DNA of 64,000 bases. It comes from Salpingoeca rosetta (Eukaryota > Protista > Choanoflagellata). The position numbers and the translations under genes were made by a program. The stretch spans positions 2,186,863 to 2,250,862 of the forward strand of contig JAWQFM010000003.1 of assembly GCA_033442325.1 (NCBI GenBank), read 5' to 3'. Under the pieces are notes generated by a model that was not told the origin of the DNA, did no database searches, and was given only the letters and a program-made list of their open reading frames with translations. Each line of letters begins with the position of its first letter. Within the stretch, counting starts at the first letter, position 1. Of this stretch, positions 18,537 through 34,443 are shown piece after piece.

Positions 18537-21500
18537 GCACCTTGACGTCCTTCTTGAGGGCGGCGAGTTCAGCGGAGAGGCGCTCCACCTCTCGTGGAAG
18601 CGCCAGTGTCTCTGCTGCAGACTTGCGCATGGCAGCCGCATTCACCTCCCACGCAGCCGGCCTGGTGCAGCGGTGTGTGTTGTTGTTTGAGTGGGAGGGC
18701 AGGAGTGGGGTGATGGGACGCGTGGAGAAGGGGTTGGTGAATGAATCGTGTGTTGGTGAGAGGGAGAGCAAAGAACAAATGGATTATCGCATGTCACGGA
18801 GCAACCAACACGACACCAACGTCACATCGACATCACGTCGACATATCTCCCACTGGAAGCGTCAAGTGTGACAGGTACGTACTGTTTGGTTTCGGGGCTG
18901 GCCGCAGCCTGCACATCAAAGTCGCCCGCCTCCAGGCAGCCAGCGAGGTCCACCAGCAGCTGCATTGCATCATACAGCACGTTGGGCACATGCACAGGAA
19001 CCATGCTTTCGTCTGCACCCTCCTGCCGCGCGCGGGCCGTAAATGTGCCGTCCTTGGACAGGTCCACACGCGCGTTGACGCCAATTTGCATCGCCGTGTC
19101 CAGGTCGAGGGCACGAAGCGTCACGGAGCCGTGCACGTGGTCCTGACAATGGTTGGGGGCGACGGGTGTGGTCGTGTGCGCGCATGTGAGTGTGTGTGTG
19201 TGTGTGAATGTGGGGAGTTGCTTACGAAAATGGACGTTCGTGTGGATGCGCAACCATCGGCAAATGTGTGCATGTGTGTACAAGCGTGTGAACGTGTGTG
19301 TCTTCCCATACGTGGTATGCCTTTGACGCGTGGCTGAGGGCAATGGCAGCAGAGAAGAGGTTGTGCGCGTGCTGTGCGAGCATCTGCTGTCGCTCCTCGT
19401 CGAGTGCAATGGTCGTGTCAGCCATCTTGGGTGGCAGGTGCCGCAGGATCTGCGCACACAGGTGGCGAGACAACGGGTGGATTAAGGCAATGCGGTCATG
19501 CTTGAACCAGCCCTAAAAGAAACATTGCGCACACATGCACATGTACGCATACACGCACACACACACACACAAACACAACAAACACAACAAACAAACGAAC
19601 AAACACACAAACACAACACAACACAACACAACACAACACAACACAACACAACACAACACAACACCTTGCGGCAGGCGGTCTTTGCGTCCCTGCACTGGCT
19701 GCTCATCTCGCGCATGTGTGCGAGGAGGGGCCCAAACGCCGGGTCCATGCTGCCTGTGGACGACGACCGCTTGAAGATTTCGTCCAGGCGCAGCAGCTCA
19801 GCCTCCACAACATCCAGTGCGCCGCTCGCCGTCTGCACCTCAACCTGCACGCGGCCAGTGTTTGTTTGGGGGAGCGGGGAGGAGCAAGGACAGAAAGGTG
19901 TGGGTGGGAATGCGAAGGCAAGCAAGGGCGAGAGGAGGTTGAGGAAAGATGTGAGGGGTGGTGGTGGTGGTGGAGACACACATTTGAGTACACGAACGCG
20001 CCAGTGCAATTGCAACCACCTGAGCTCATCTGTTTCACACGTTCGAAAGCCATGTTGGATCTCACGTTTGCGGCATCACGGCTGTCACGCGGCACGGCGT
20101 CGGCAATTCGCGTCGTCATCGTCGTCCGGAACGCCTTGGCAGCACTGGGCCACAGCATTGCAGTGGTGTGTGAGTGAGTGAGTGTGTGTGTGTGTGTGCA
20201 CGAGTGAGTGTTGCAGTGGTGTGTGAGTGAGTGTGAGTGAGTGAGTGAGTGAGTGAGTGAGTGAGTGAGTGAGTGAGTGAGTGAGTGAGTGAGTGTGAGC
20301 GAGTGAGTGTGAGCGAGTGAGTGAGTGAGTGAGTGAGTGAGTGAGTGAGTGAGTGAGCGAGTGAGTGAGTGAGTGAGTGAGTGAGTGAGTGAGTGAGTGA
20401 GTGAGTGAGTGAGTGAGTGAGTGAGTGAGTGTGTCAGTAACTGTTACAGGTCCATTCTCACGGTGCCACCACATTGCCAACGGAAGATCAGCCCTCGGGT
20501 GGTACTCACGCCTCGACGTCTGCGAGCGGGATGGACGGGTCAAGGCCGTCGCCGCGCAACCGCTTCAGCAGCGAATCTAGGGCAGGCTCGTGCGCAACAA
20601 GCTGGCGATGATATGGTGGTGATGATTTGGTGGTGGTGATGATGGTGGAAGCGATGAGGATGTAGACGAGATGAGAATTGCGGTGCGACGGCAGAGAGAG
20701 GGGGAGCTCGTGGGTGACGGTGATTGAGAACAAGGTGCAAGTGACGAAACTGCTTGTGTACAATTGCGTGCGTGTGTGTGCGTGCGCGTGTGCGTGTGAA
20801 GTGTGAAGTGTGCACACCTGTGGGAAGACGTCGCCAACCGCTTTGAATGTCTCTGCGTCCAGCTTGTGCATGGCCTGAAAACGAACGACAGCGAACGCAC
20901 GCGCGAGGTGTGCGGGAGAGAGATGAACGAGAAGTAACGACGGCGATGGCATGGGAAGAGGCAAGACAGCAAGACAGCACGGCGCATGGCGCGTGTCAAA
21001 CGCATGCCACGTGTCACAATGTGCGCGCACAAAGCACACCATCAACGCCCATACGAGTAGGACGGATCACAATTCAAGCAAGAACGCAAAATGGGGTGCG
21101 AGCGCATACCTGGTACATGTACTCGCAGTCGAGGCGCAGCATCGTCAACAACTCAACCAGCCTGCACGTGCAAACGACAGCCATTGTGTGCACGAGTGTG
21201 TGTGTGTGTGTGTGTGCATACGTGAGCTGTGCAAACGGTAAAATGTGGAGCAAAGTTAAGCCAACAGCGCGTTGTGTGCGTGTGCGTGTGTGTGCATGTG
21301 CGTGCGGTGTTCAGGCAAACTCACGCTGCGCCAAAAGCAAACTGGTCAATGGTGAGATCAGAGTCCTCCGTCACCACTTCCGAAATGTCTGCAGGCAAAC
21401 AAGGGTGGAGGCAGTTGTGCACGCGCATGAGCATTCGTGTGTGTGCGTTGTGTGTGTGAATGTAAAGGGTACACGTCATCACATGCACGCACACTTGCTT

Positions 21501-22179
21501 TCGTTACACACGCGCACAACAACACAAATATGCACGACACCACACCACTTCCTCCAATGACAACAACAAGAACAAGAACAAGAAGAACAACAGCAGCAGC
21601 AGCAGCAGCAACGCACCCTGGCCAACAGCAAACTCTGCCGTTGCGTGCTCGGCGAGGATGTGCGATTTGCGAACAACACGATCAAGCAGCATCAACAGCT
21701 GCAGCCCATTGTAGTCGTGTGTGAAAAAGTCCTCAGGCAGAAACATTTTCAGGTACCTGCACAACGGGTGAAGAGGGTTGAGGGCGTTGGGAATGAGTGT
21801 GTGCGTACGTGTGCGAGTGGGTGGCAGACAGCGCCACATAGTGCACATTGTGTCACATCTTCCTTCATCATGGTTACCTCCCGTTTCCCCTCCATCCCCC
21901 CCCAACCACCTCCTCCTCCACAACCACTACCCAAACCATCACCACCGCCACCATGTCTACGGACGCACGTGATGTGCTGCTTCGCCTGCTCCTCTTCGAG
22001 GGCGTGCAGTTCGGCCTCAATCGCCGCCACCCGCTGGTGCGCCTTCGACTCGCTCGCCTGGCAGTCGCAAACAAGCAGTTTTGGGGGAGGGGGGGGGAGG
22101 TATTGACGCGGTGGTGGGTATGATGGGTGACGTTCGGAGGTGGCCATGGCAGCTGCCGAGCAGCGCAAATGTGCCATCA

Positions 22180-22219
<40 letters not shown>

Positions 22220-22451
22220 CGCAACACAGGCACCTTGTGTTTTGCAGGAGCGGGTTTGGGCTGCACAGGGGCGGCAGATGCAGCATGCTGCTGGTGTTGC
22301 TGTTGCTGCTGCGTCTTCTGCAGGCTCTCCTCCTTCTCCTTAAGCTGTTGACCCGAAATGAAAAAAAATATTCGACAGGAATGCGACAGCCATATGTCAG
22401 CACAAACCAGGCAAGTCAGCAACAGCTCACACATCGCAAACGCACAAACAC

Positions 22452-22485
<34 letters not shown>

Positions 22486-23535
22486 AACACACATGCACAC
22501 ACAAACACACATACACACACCAACAACTTCACACACAGGCACACACACATACACAACAACAGCACGTTGACTCACGGCAGCGCTGTATTTTGCGATGGCC
22601 TCGGCCTGCTCCTGATTCCGGTCCACAATCGCGTTGAGCACTTGCATCAGCTGCAAACATCAACGAGTAGAAACATGCACGAACAAGAACAAGCCAGCTT
22701 GGGTGAGTGCAAGCAGCCGAAACACGCGCGCATGCGTGCGTTGTGTTGACGTGTTTGCAATGGCACAAGCGTCCAGATGCACACTGGTTGCACAATGAAG
22801 CAAAATCAATCAACACAACACCACAGCGGCAAGCCCTATCCTCCATCCATCATTGATTATGTTCCACCTTGTTGACAGATGATCTGAACTCGTCGTTGTC
22901 GGCCTGTGTCTCGTCGAGCGTCTCCTCCAACGCCGTCTGTGTCTCCTCCAGCACCCCGACTTCCTGTCGCAGCTCGTACACCTCCTGTACACGTGTTGTC
23001 GTGGTGTTGTGCATGTATCAACGAGAGTCATCTCCTCAACACGCGCGCGCGCACACACACACACACACTCACACACACACACACTCACTCACTCACACAA
23101 CACAACACAACACACACTTACACAACACAACACACACACACACAAGCACAGGTCACCGCAATGACACTGCCCCCTCCTGCTCTCCTTCGAGCCTCACTCC
23201 GCCTGCTTCCTGAGTAACGGCAAATGAACAAACGCCCTCACCTCCTCCAGCAGCTGACACCGCTCCTCAAGGGCCAAGTTCTGGTCTGTCAGCGACTCGA
23301 CCATCGTCTCCGCGCTAAAGTGTGAGTCTGCGCGCGACACCTGCGACTTGTACTCCTGCATGGCCTTTTCCAAGGCCACGTCCTTCATTTGGAGTGCCTT
23401 ACCGAGCGCGGTGTTGTCAGCCATGGCGTCCGTCAGCTCTGCCCGCACCGCCGCGTTCTCTTCCTGCAGCGTCTGGTTCTGCTCGCGAAGCTTGTACAGG
23501 GCCTGATGGAGGGTGTGTGTGAATGTGTGTGTGTG

Positions 23536-23582
<47 letters not shown>

Positions 23583-24250
23583 ATGTGCGTGGATGTATGT
23601 GTGGATATGTGTGTGGATGTGCAGATGTACGTGTGGATGTATGTGTGAGAAAATGTGAGACGTAAGTCACGGGCAATGAATGGTGTCAGAGTACATATAC
23701 CCTCACCAAGCAACAGCAAGGCAAAGTAAACCAGACAGCAGACACCGCACCACTGTCAGGCGTGCAATCTTGTTCTTGAGCGCCTTCATGGCTGCGGTGT
23801 TGTTGGTGCGGTTCGGGTTCAACGCATCATCATCGCCATCATCATCACCGCCGTCACCATTGGCCTCATTGGCACCTGCACCACCGTCAGCGTTGCCCTG
23901 CTTGGCGTCTGCTGGCGCTGCTGCTGTTGCCCCGGCCTTTGCTTCCTCCTTCTCCGCCTCCAAGATCTCAACCGTCAGCGTCAATTCCTCGACTTTGTCT
24001 TGAAGCTCCTCCACCTCTTCTTGCAGGTCCCGGTTCTGCACCGAGCACCATTTGTGTGGTGTTTTGTGTTGCATGATTGTGGGCACAGGGGAGCGGCACG
24101 GTTGCAGAGTGGTGATAGGAGTTCGTTCCATGGCACCCACGGACACATGCACAGGCATGTGTACGTGTATATGTACAAACACTTGAACACACAAGCGCGC
24201 AAACACATGTATGACTCCCCTTCCCAAAACACACACGCAAACACACACAC

Positions 24251-24293
<43 letters not shown>

Positions 24294-24296
24294 CGC

Positions 24297-24338
<42 letters not shown>

Positions 24339-26142
24339 ACGCACACGCACACACACACTCACGCACACGCACACGCACACGCACACACACACACAACACG
24401 ATACGCCACGAGCCTGTTGTGATACCTTTTCCTCGGCGACCTGCTTGTCGAGCAGAGCAATCTGCGTGGTCTCCTTGAGCATGGCCACCTCCGACTCCAG
24501 TCGTTGAACGTCCACGTCCGAGATGCGCTTGCGCTCGTTCAGTTCAGACACGAGCATGTCCTGCTTCTGCTGCCACAGCTCTTTGAACTGCTGCAACTGC
24601 TCCACTTGTTTCTGCGCGCGGGAGGGGAACACAGACACGCGTGATTGTGACGTTGGGGAGTCATTACACGAGCGGCAAGCAGGGGGAGGGGGGAGGAGGG
24701 CAAGGAGAGAAAGAATATCGAGGCAGAGAAGCAGGGGAGAAGGAAACTGGCACTAACACACTCACACACACGCACGCACGTACACACACGCACACATCAG
24801 AACACACCTTGTATTTCTCCAGCTCGCGAACGCGAATGGGATCTGTCTCCGCCTCCACCACCGTCGATCGCTTCGTCGCTGCTGCTGCTGCTGCTGATGT
24901 TGTGTGGGGTTTACTGTTACTCCTTGCTGCTGCTGCTGTCGCTTTGGCGGGCGCGTGTGTGGCTGCTTGGCCTGTGGCGGGCGCGTGCGCTTGCTTGGCC
25001 GGCGCTGGCGCTTCTGTTTCAGCGGGGGCGTCACCAGCTGTGCGCGCGTGCGCGTGGCTGTGGTTTGCAGCCGCTGAAGCTGATGACGACGATGTTGATG
25101 TTGGGCGCGGCGCTGCGGACTTGCCGGGCTCTGATGATGTGCTTGACGGTGCTGCAATCCTCGACTTTTGTGGCTGTGGTCGCTGTTGCTGCTGCTGTGG
25201 CGGTTGCGGCGGTTGCTGCTGCTTCTTTGCTTCATCTGCACGCGCAAAAGAGGAAGAAGTGGGGGGGGGGAGAGGGAGAAAGAGAACATGAGGAATGCGT
25301 ACAAAGACATTGAGCGTCGTTGAAACGTGGTGGAGGCGTGGTGGAGGCGTGTGTGTATGTGTTGGGGGAGTGGGGGGAGGCTTGTGTGCGTGCATATAGG
25401 AGACAAGTTAACCGTACCAGTTGTGGATTTTGAAGAAGAGGAGCTGTCCTTCGTAGACCCTGGTGGACGTGAAACGACAGAAATCAAGAAGGAGAGGAGT
25501 ATCAGGTTGCATGTAGCATGACATGGGGTGGGAGGGGGAAACGACGACACACACACACACACACACACACATGCACAGTTTTGTCGTTCACCCGTGCGCA
25601 GTGTTGCCATTCATACACACACACACACACACACACAGACACACAGACACAGACACACAGACACACAGACACACAGACACAGACACACAGACACACAGAC
25701 ACACAGACACACAGACACACACACACACACACACACACAAAGCTCAGCTCTTACGGGTGGGCTTTGCCAGTTTTGTGCGGGATGTTTGACGAGACGAGCT
25801 CGGGGTAGCGGCTCTGCTGCCCGTGCCACTGGACGTGGAGGATGCGGCCTTTGTTGATGATGGGGAGGACGATTTGCTTGGCGAAGGAGCAGGCGATTTG
25901 GCACCAGAGGGTGCTTTGACAGGCTCGACCTGCGTCTGCCGCACAAACATGCCGTGGTGCATCTCGCACTCAAAGTAGGGTTTGCCCTGCACGGTGCCGT
26001 TGTTCTTGCCTTTTGCCTCATCGAGCTCGATGCCAATCCACTTGCCCTTGGCAAAGTCAACCAGGCCCACATAGCGCACGGTGCCGAGAAGCTTCTTATC
26101 GCGCACCATCACGCGCATGCCCGGTTTGATGAGCAGCGACAT
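17429..26142 (-). CDS. DCTN1: Dynactin subunit 1 (p150Glued)
   Basis: N-terminal CAP-Gly domain ([40 protein letters not shown]), basic/Ser region, [50 protein letters not shown]; ends [16 protein letters not shown]. Confidence 0.95.
20170..20432. repeat. (GAGT)n tetranucleotide microsatellite in a DCTN1 intron
   Basis: Long near-perfect GAGT array. Confidence 0.95.
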
Positions 26143-26722
26143 GTCTGGTGTTGCCCACCGCTGTGATGCGCTTGGGCACTGGATGCGTTCCACAAGCACA
26201 CAAACCGGCGTGTGTGAGGTGGTGTTGTGATATGTTGTGCTGTGAGGTGGTGTTGTGATATGTTGTGCTGGGAGGTGGTGTGGTGTTGATCACTGCAACA
26301 AAGCACTGCAATGGAGAAGCATCGCACACCGGCAGACGAAAAGAGCACACAAGCACACACCTATGCACACAGACTTGACAGACACGCCTTCACTCACACA
26401 TTGACTCACACAATCACAGACACACTCTCGCATACTCTCGCACACCTGATCCTGCTCTGCACTGATGGAAGGTTGTTGCTTTGCTTTGCTGTAGTCGTCG
26501 TTGTTGCTGGAGCAGCAGCGGCCGCTGGAAGAAGAAAGAAAAAAATAAACAGCGGCAGGGGCGAAAAACAATTGCACAGAATCGTCTAAGCAACCACAGC
26601 CGCACAGACGAAGCGAGTGGCACCCCGTACAGCACCCGCTCAACACGCAAGCAAGCGTCCCTGACTCGCATACGCACGCACGCACGCACGCACGCACACG
26701 CACACGCATACGAACACAGGCC

Positions 26723-28736
<2,014 letters not shown>

Positions 28737-28922
28737 TGTGACAGCTTTGCGCTTCTTCTGTGGCTTTGTTTGTACATACGATTTCTGTTGCATATTTTAC
28801 ATAAAACGACCCCCGCGAAATTCAATTTTCAACCGCTCAACCAGCCAGCAACCGAACACATAGACACAGACACACACACACAGACACACACACACACACA
28901 GACACACAGACACACACAGACA

Positions 28923-28971
<49 letters not shown>

Positions 28972-28976
28972 CGACG

Positions 28977-30252
28977 ATGGCGACGCCGCCTGCGGACTTG
29001 GTGTCGAGGGCACAGCGCGCCGTGGCAGAGGCCATGATGCGCATTCAGCAGGTCTGGCATGTGCTGGGCATTGACGAGGAATACCAGGAGGAGCGCTCCG
29101 AGGAGATTATGAACCTCGTCAACGGACTCGTCATGACCATGGCCGAGCAAGAAGAAGAGGAGCGCGACAACGTCCTCCGGCGCGTCAAGGAGAACAGGGA
29201 GCAGCTTGCATCCCTGGCCAAGGAAATGAACGTCGAGCCTGGCGTGGACACAGACCTGCCCCTGCTGGACCTGGACAAGGCACTCGGCGACCGCATCGCA
29301 GCGCTGAACGAGGAGCGGGAGCAGCGCATCCACTCCCTCATCGACCTGGAGAGCAGGCTCGAGGTGCTGCAGGAATCCCTGGTGGTAAGCGAGAAGGAGG
29401 AGAAGCGTGAAGACGAGCTGTCCATGGAGCGACTCGAAGACCTGAGGCACCGCATCACAGAGTATGAGAAGGAGCTTGACGAGAGAAAGAAGGGCTTGGC
29501 GTCCACCATGAAGGAGATCAAGCACCTGTGGGCGCAGCTGCGCTACCGGCCCCGCACAGAGTTTGAGGAGCAGGTGGCAAAGGGCGTTGATCGGCTCCCG
29601 CTCTCGCCCGCCAACATCCTCGCGCTGCACCGCCTCCGCGACTCGCTCAAGGACATGCTGCCCGCGCTGAAGGTTGAGGTGGACACCGTGGCCGCGCGAA
29701 CGCACGAGATGTGCATGCTGCTCGGGGAGCAGGAGGATGAGTACGTGCGCGCCGCAGCCCGCATCAAGGAGAAGACGGAGGCATTTGATGGCGTGTGCCG
29801 CGACGCCATTGATCTGTGGGAGCAAGAGCTGGAGCGCCTACACAAGAAGAAGCAGGCCATGCTGCCTGTCGTCGTGCTGAAGACCTTTGAGAAGCTGGAC
29901 AAGCAGTGGCAGCAGACGTACTTCTGTGCCCAGCAGTCGCGCGAGTTTATGGAGGCCCTGGGGCTGGAGTACCCCTTGGAGTATGATGACGTGAAGGAGA
30001 TCTCTGATCGCCGCGTGCTTGAGATGGCGCTTGAAGCGATAGAAGAGGAATGCGCTCGACAAACAGCGCTGCACGACGAACACAAGGACGTCTACCAAGC
30101 CGTGCACACCATCGAAGCCTTGCAGGTGTGTGTGGGTGTGTGTCTGGAGAGGGGAGGGGTTACATGTGCATGGATCTTGTATGTGCGTGCGTGCGTGTTT
30201 ATGCGTGCGTGCGTGTGTGTGTGTGTGTGCGTGCGTGCGTGCGTGTTCATGC

Positions 30253-30299
<47 letters not shown>

Positions 30300-31130
30300 C
30301 GTGTTCATGCGTGCGTGCGTGCCTGTGTGTGGATGTGGGTTCATGTACGCGTGCGTTGACGCACATGTGGATATACTTGAAGGTGAACATGTGTTCGCCA
30401 TTTTCTTTGTGCTTGCATGCGCAAATTGCCCGTTCGCGTTGTCTCATCCGAAGTCCATTCACACATCTGTCTTTTTTCAACATGTCCCGCTACGCGCGTG
30501 CTTGCGTGTGCTTGTGTGTGCACCTTGATAGGGTAAGAAGGCGCAGTTCAAGGAGGATGACTTGCTGAACAACCGCGGTGGCCTCCGCTTCAAGGTGGAG
30601 AAGATGGACAAACAGATTGACGCATGCAAGCGCCAGATTGCAAAATGGGAACGACAAACAGGCACCAAGTTCATGGTGAGTGGCAGCATGCATTTGTGAT
30701 GCGTGTATGTGCGATCGTGTGTGTGTATTTGTGCTTGTGTGCAAGACGTGCGTGGTTGACTGTGTGTGTGCGTACTCGAGTGTTTGTATCTATTCATGTA
30801 TTGACATGACGTGATGGCGAATACAGTGAAAATAGCGTTTCGTGTGTGCTTGGGTTCATTTCGTGATTATTCTTAATCCAACCATGACATCGTGCTTCTT
30901 CCTCTTCTCTTCACTTCAGGTTCGGGGAGCACATTTCCTGTCCATTTTGACGCGCAAGGAAGAGGCCGAGCGAGAGCACCAGCTGAAGCTGAAGGAGCAG
31001 AGGCGGCAACAGCGACAGAAGCAGTTGCAGCAAGAAGCACGATTTGGAAGCATACCCGCGACTCCAAAGCGCGCGAGACGAGGTGTGTACGCGCGTGAGA
31101 TTGCATGTGTGTGTGATAGTGTGATTGTGG

Positions 31131-31163
<33 letters not shown>

Positions 31164-31835
31164 CGTTGTGTGCGTGCGTTGTGTGCGTTGTGTGATTGTG
31201 ATTGTGTGTGCGATTGTGTGTGTGTGTTGTATGATTATGTGTGTATGCTGTGTCATTATGCGTGAGTCCAGTGTGCCTGTCATCGCAAAGGCACTTGAAG
31301 TCCTTGGCTGAATGCATTCAATGACCATTCTGCGTTGGTTTTGCACGGCCGCCTTTCTTCTCACACCACTGCTTGGCATACGCACACCAATCACCATGGG
31401 CAGACCTCGGCAAGCCGTCAACACGAAACGGACCAAACTCGTACGTGACACACACCTGCACACGAGACACAAACTTTCATTATCACACGCCACGCCACGC
31501 TACTTTCCACACACATTCACCACCACTGTCACCCAACATCACTCACTGCCTTCAGGCTCAAGACGCCCAAATCAAGCAGGAAGGTTGCCAAGCGCACGCC
31601 ATTGAAGGAAAACGTGCCGCACCTCAACCTCTTTGAGAACGACATCAAGGTTGTGTGTGGTGGCGTGCGCGCGTGTGTGTCTGATTTTCTGTCTGTGTGG
31701 AGTGTGTGTGTGTGTCTGTCTGTGTGGAGTGTGTATGTGTGTGTCTGTCTGTGTGGTGTGTGTGTGATGTGTGTCTTGTGTGCGCGGCTGCATTGCTCGA
31801 CACGCCATGCCACCTTGCAGCGTGATGATGACTAG
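28977..31835 (+). CDS. PRC1: Microtubule-bundling protein of the PRC1/Ase1/MAP65 family
   Basis: [14 protein letters not shown]-terminus, [15 protein letters not shown] and [13 protein letters not shown]. Tail exons give [33 protein letters not shown].../RDDD*. Confidence 0.87.
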
Positions 31836-32925
31836 ATTATAACGATAACAGCTCACCAAGCTCACCATCACATCACCGCCGCCCTCTGCCACATCACCGC
31901 CTTCTTCATCATCATCATCATTGTCACAATCGCACAGGGCAACATCTGCATTGAGTTTGACAGCTCACATCACGCAAACCGCCCTGCGGACGCATCTGTG
32001 GGCACATTCTCCATGTTTAAGGTTTGAATCCCACACTACTTTCCGAGCGTTGCTGCTGGTGGTTGTGGTGTTGAAGGTGCTCTGGTTGTTCTTGTTGTCG
32101 AGCTTGTTTGAGTGTGTGGCGTGCGTGCGTGTGTGAAGCCATCGACCTCTCAACGCAAATTGACATGTGCGTCGACTGTTTTCACTGTGATATTCGATGA
32201 ACCAACGCAGGAAACGGCCACAAATCGATTGCATTCCACCAAGCTTCCAAAGTGATTTGTGTGTGCGCGATCCAATTTGCTTGCTTGTTTGGATTGATGT
32301 ACTGCGTCTTGTTCTCAGTGTGTGTCTGCTTCCGTGTTGTCGTGCATGCCCAGATGATTGATGTTATCTGCGCACGTCGTGTTGAATTGTGCTTGTCCAT
32401 ACATTGTGGTGTTGTTTGCTGTTCAACACCTGCCTGTCAAAGCATTAGTGTGAACGAGTGTGTTCATTGTGACTGCAACCCCAAGACACACGCTTTTCAC
32501 AAAAGAATGTGGCGCGTGAGAGCTACGTTGCTTGTTCTTTAACTGTGATGTTGTGGTTGTTTTTGTCGCCTGCTTCTCATCTTGCCACGCCGTGCCATAC
32601 TTATGTGTGTGTCCCTTCCTCACTGCGCTTTGTTCCACAACAGAGAGACTCGTGACAGTTGCCCTGCTTTGCTCGCCTTGATTGAAAGATGAAAGATTAA
32701 GCCGCAATCAATAATGTGTCAGCGGCTCGCGCCGTACGTTGGGCTTGCTTGCGTGAAAGCAACGCGAATGGGGACTTCTTGCTGTTGTTTATCGGTCGGC
32801 TGCTGGTCACGCTTAGCAGCAGACCAGAGGACTTGAATGGGGAAATGCACAGTGCAGGCACAACAACACCGAGGCTCAGCACATGACAGGAACAAGGAAA
32901 AGGGAAAGAAGGATGCAGCACGACG

Positions 32926-32966
<41 letters not shown>

Positions 32967-33050
32967 TATCGTCACTGGACAGTGATCCCTCCTACACACA
33001 CACACACACGCGCGCGCGCGCATGGGGAAGCTACCGATGGCTGCGCAGGG

Positions 33051-33401
33051 CTATTCTTGTGGTGCTGCGGCCTCTGAGAAGCAGAGATCCCAATAGTGCG
33101 CTGCATTCTTCTTGTCCAACCATTCCCTCGCAAGCGTCTTCCCAAACAGTGTGTGTGCATACATGTGAGATGGATGAGACCACAACCACACCAAGCATCA
33201 TCTGATCGTGATAACGACCCCTCTCCCAGTATCTGTCTCCCCACCACATCCCAACCCCTCGAGCTGTCCCCCCTACCCCGTCTCCAGTGCCAAACACAAC
33301 TCTAACCTCTGATCTGAAGAGCTTCATGCCAAAGTCCTTGAAGTTGCGCTTGGTCACAAGACCCTGACAGCGCATAGAGCGACGTAAGTAGCAGATGAGC
33401 A

Positions 33402-33481
<80 letters not shown>

Positions 33482-33756
33482 AGCAGCATGGAGGAGCGGT
33501 CCACAATGCAGCTCTCTAGCGTGCAAATCGGCAATAGCACGCCACATGCAAACATCAACAGTGGGCTCACCTCCCACACGAGATCGCAGGAGTTGCGCTT
33601 CTTCGTCTCTTCTCCTTCCTCCTCCTCCTCGCTCTCATCGTCGGCCGCGTCTGAAGACAGAGAAGGGACACATGCACACACAAGAGAAAACCCCAAATGC
33701 AAGTATTCGTGAGAACCACGAATGAATCACAGAGAACAAGAACAAAATTGAGCAAA

Positions 33757-33809
<53 letters not shown>

Positions 33810-33813
33810 CACA

Positions 33814-33856
<43 letters not shown>

Positions 33857-33858
33857 AC

Positions 33859-33892
<34 letters not shown>

Positions 33893-34404
33893 CACACGCA
33901 CAAAGACACACACGCACGCACACAACCCCCCCCTTTGTTCCGCCCTCATGTGTCCGCGTGCGTGCACGCACCTTGGCCGGCCCACTTGATGCGATGGGTC
34001 ATAAGCCGCTTGTAGCGCTTAATGCCGCGTGGTCCACCCTCAACCACGACAATGTTCATGTCAGCGGTCATGACAGCGGCGCCGGTGAGGTTGTACTGCT
34101 GCGCGTTCATCTGCACTTTGAACTTGTGGCGCTCGTCGCGCAGGCTGCCCACCCGGAACAGCGCAACGTGCACGGCCTCCGTCGTGTCCTCCTTCAGTTT
34201 CCTGTTGCGGTTGGTCATGACAGCAGGAATAAAAGGAGGAGGAGCAGCAGCGAGGTTGCATACATCTTGTCATGAGAAAAACAACATGCGAGCAATGGGA
34301 GGACACAAGGATCCTCACACAGACACGGACATAGACACAGACAGACAGACAAACACAAACACACACACACACAGAGGGACACAGACACAGACAGACAGAT
34401 GCAC

Positions 34405-34443
<39 letters not shown>

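Noticed and set aside
26213-26285. 28-bp tandem repeat upstream of DCTN1
   Set aside because: Simple minisatellite without unique spacers; not CRISPR-like.
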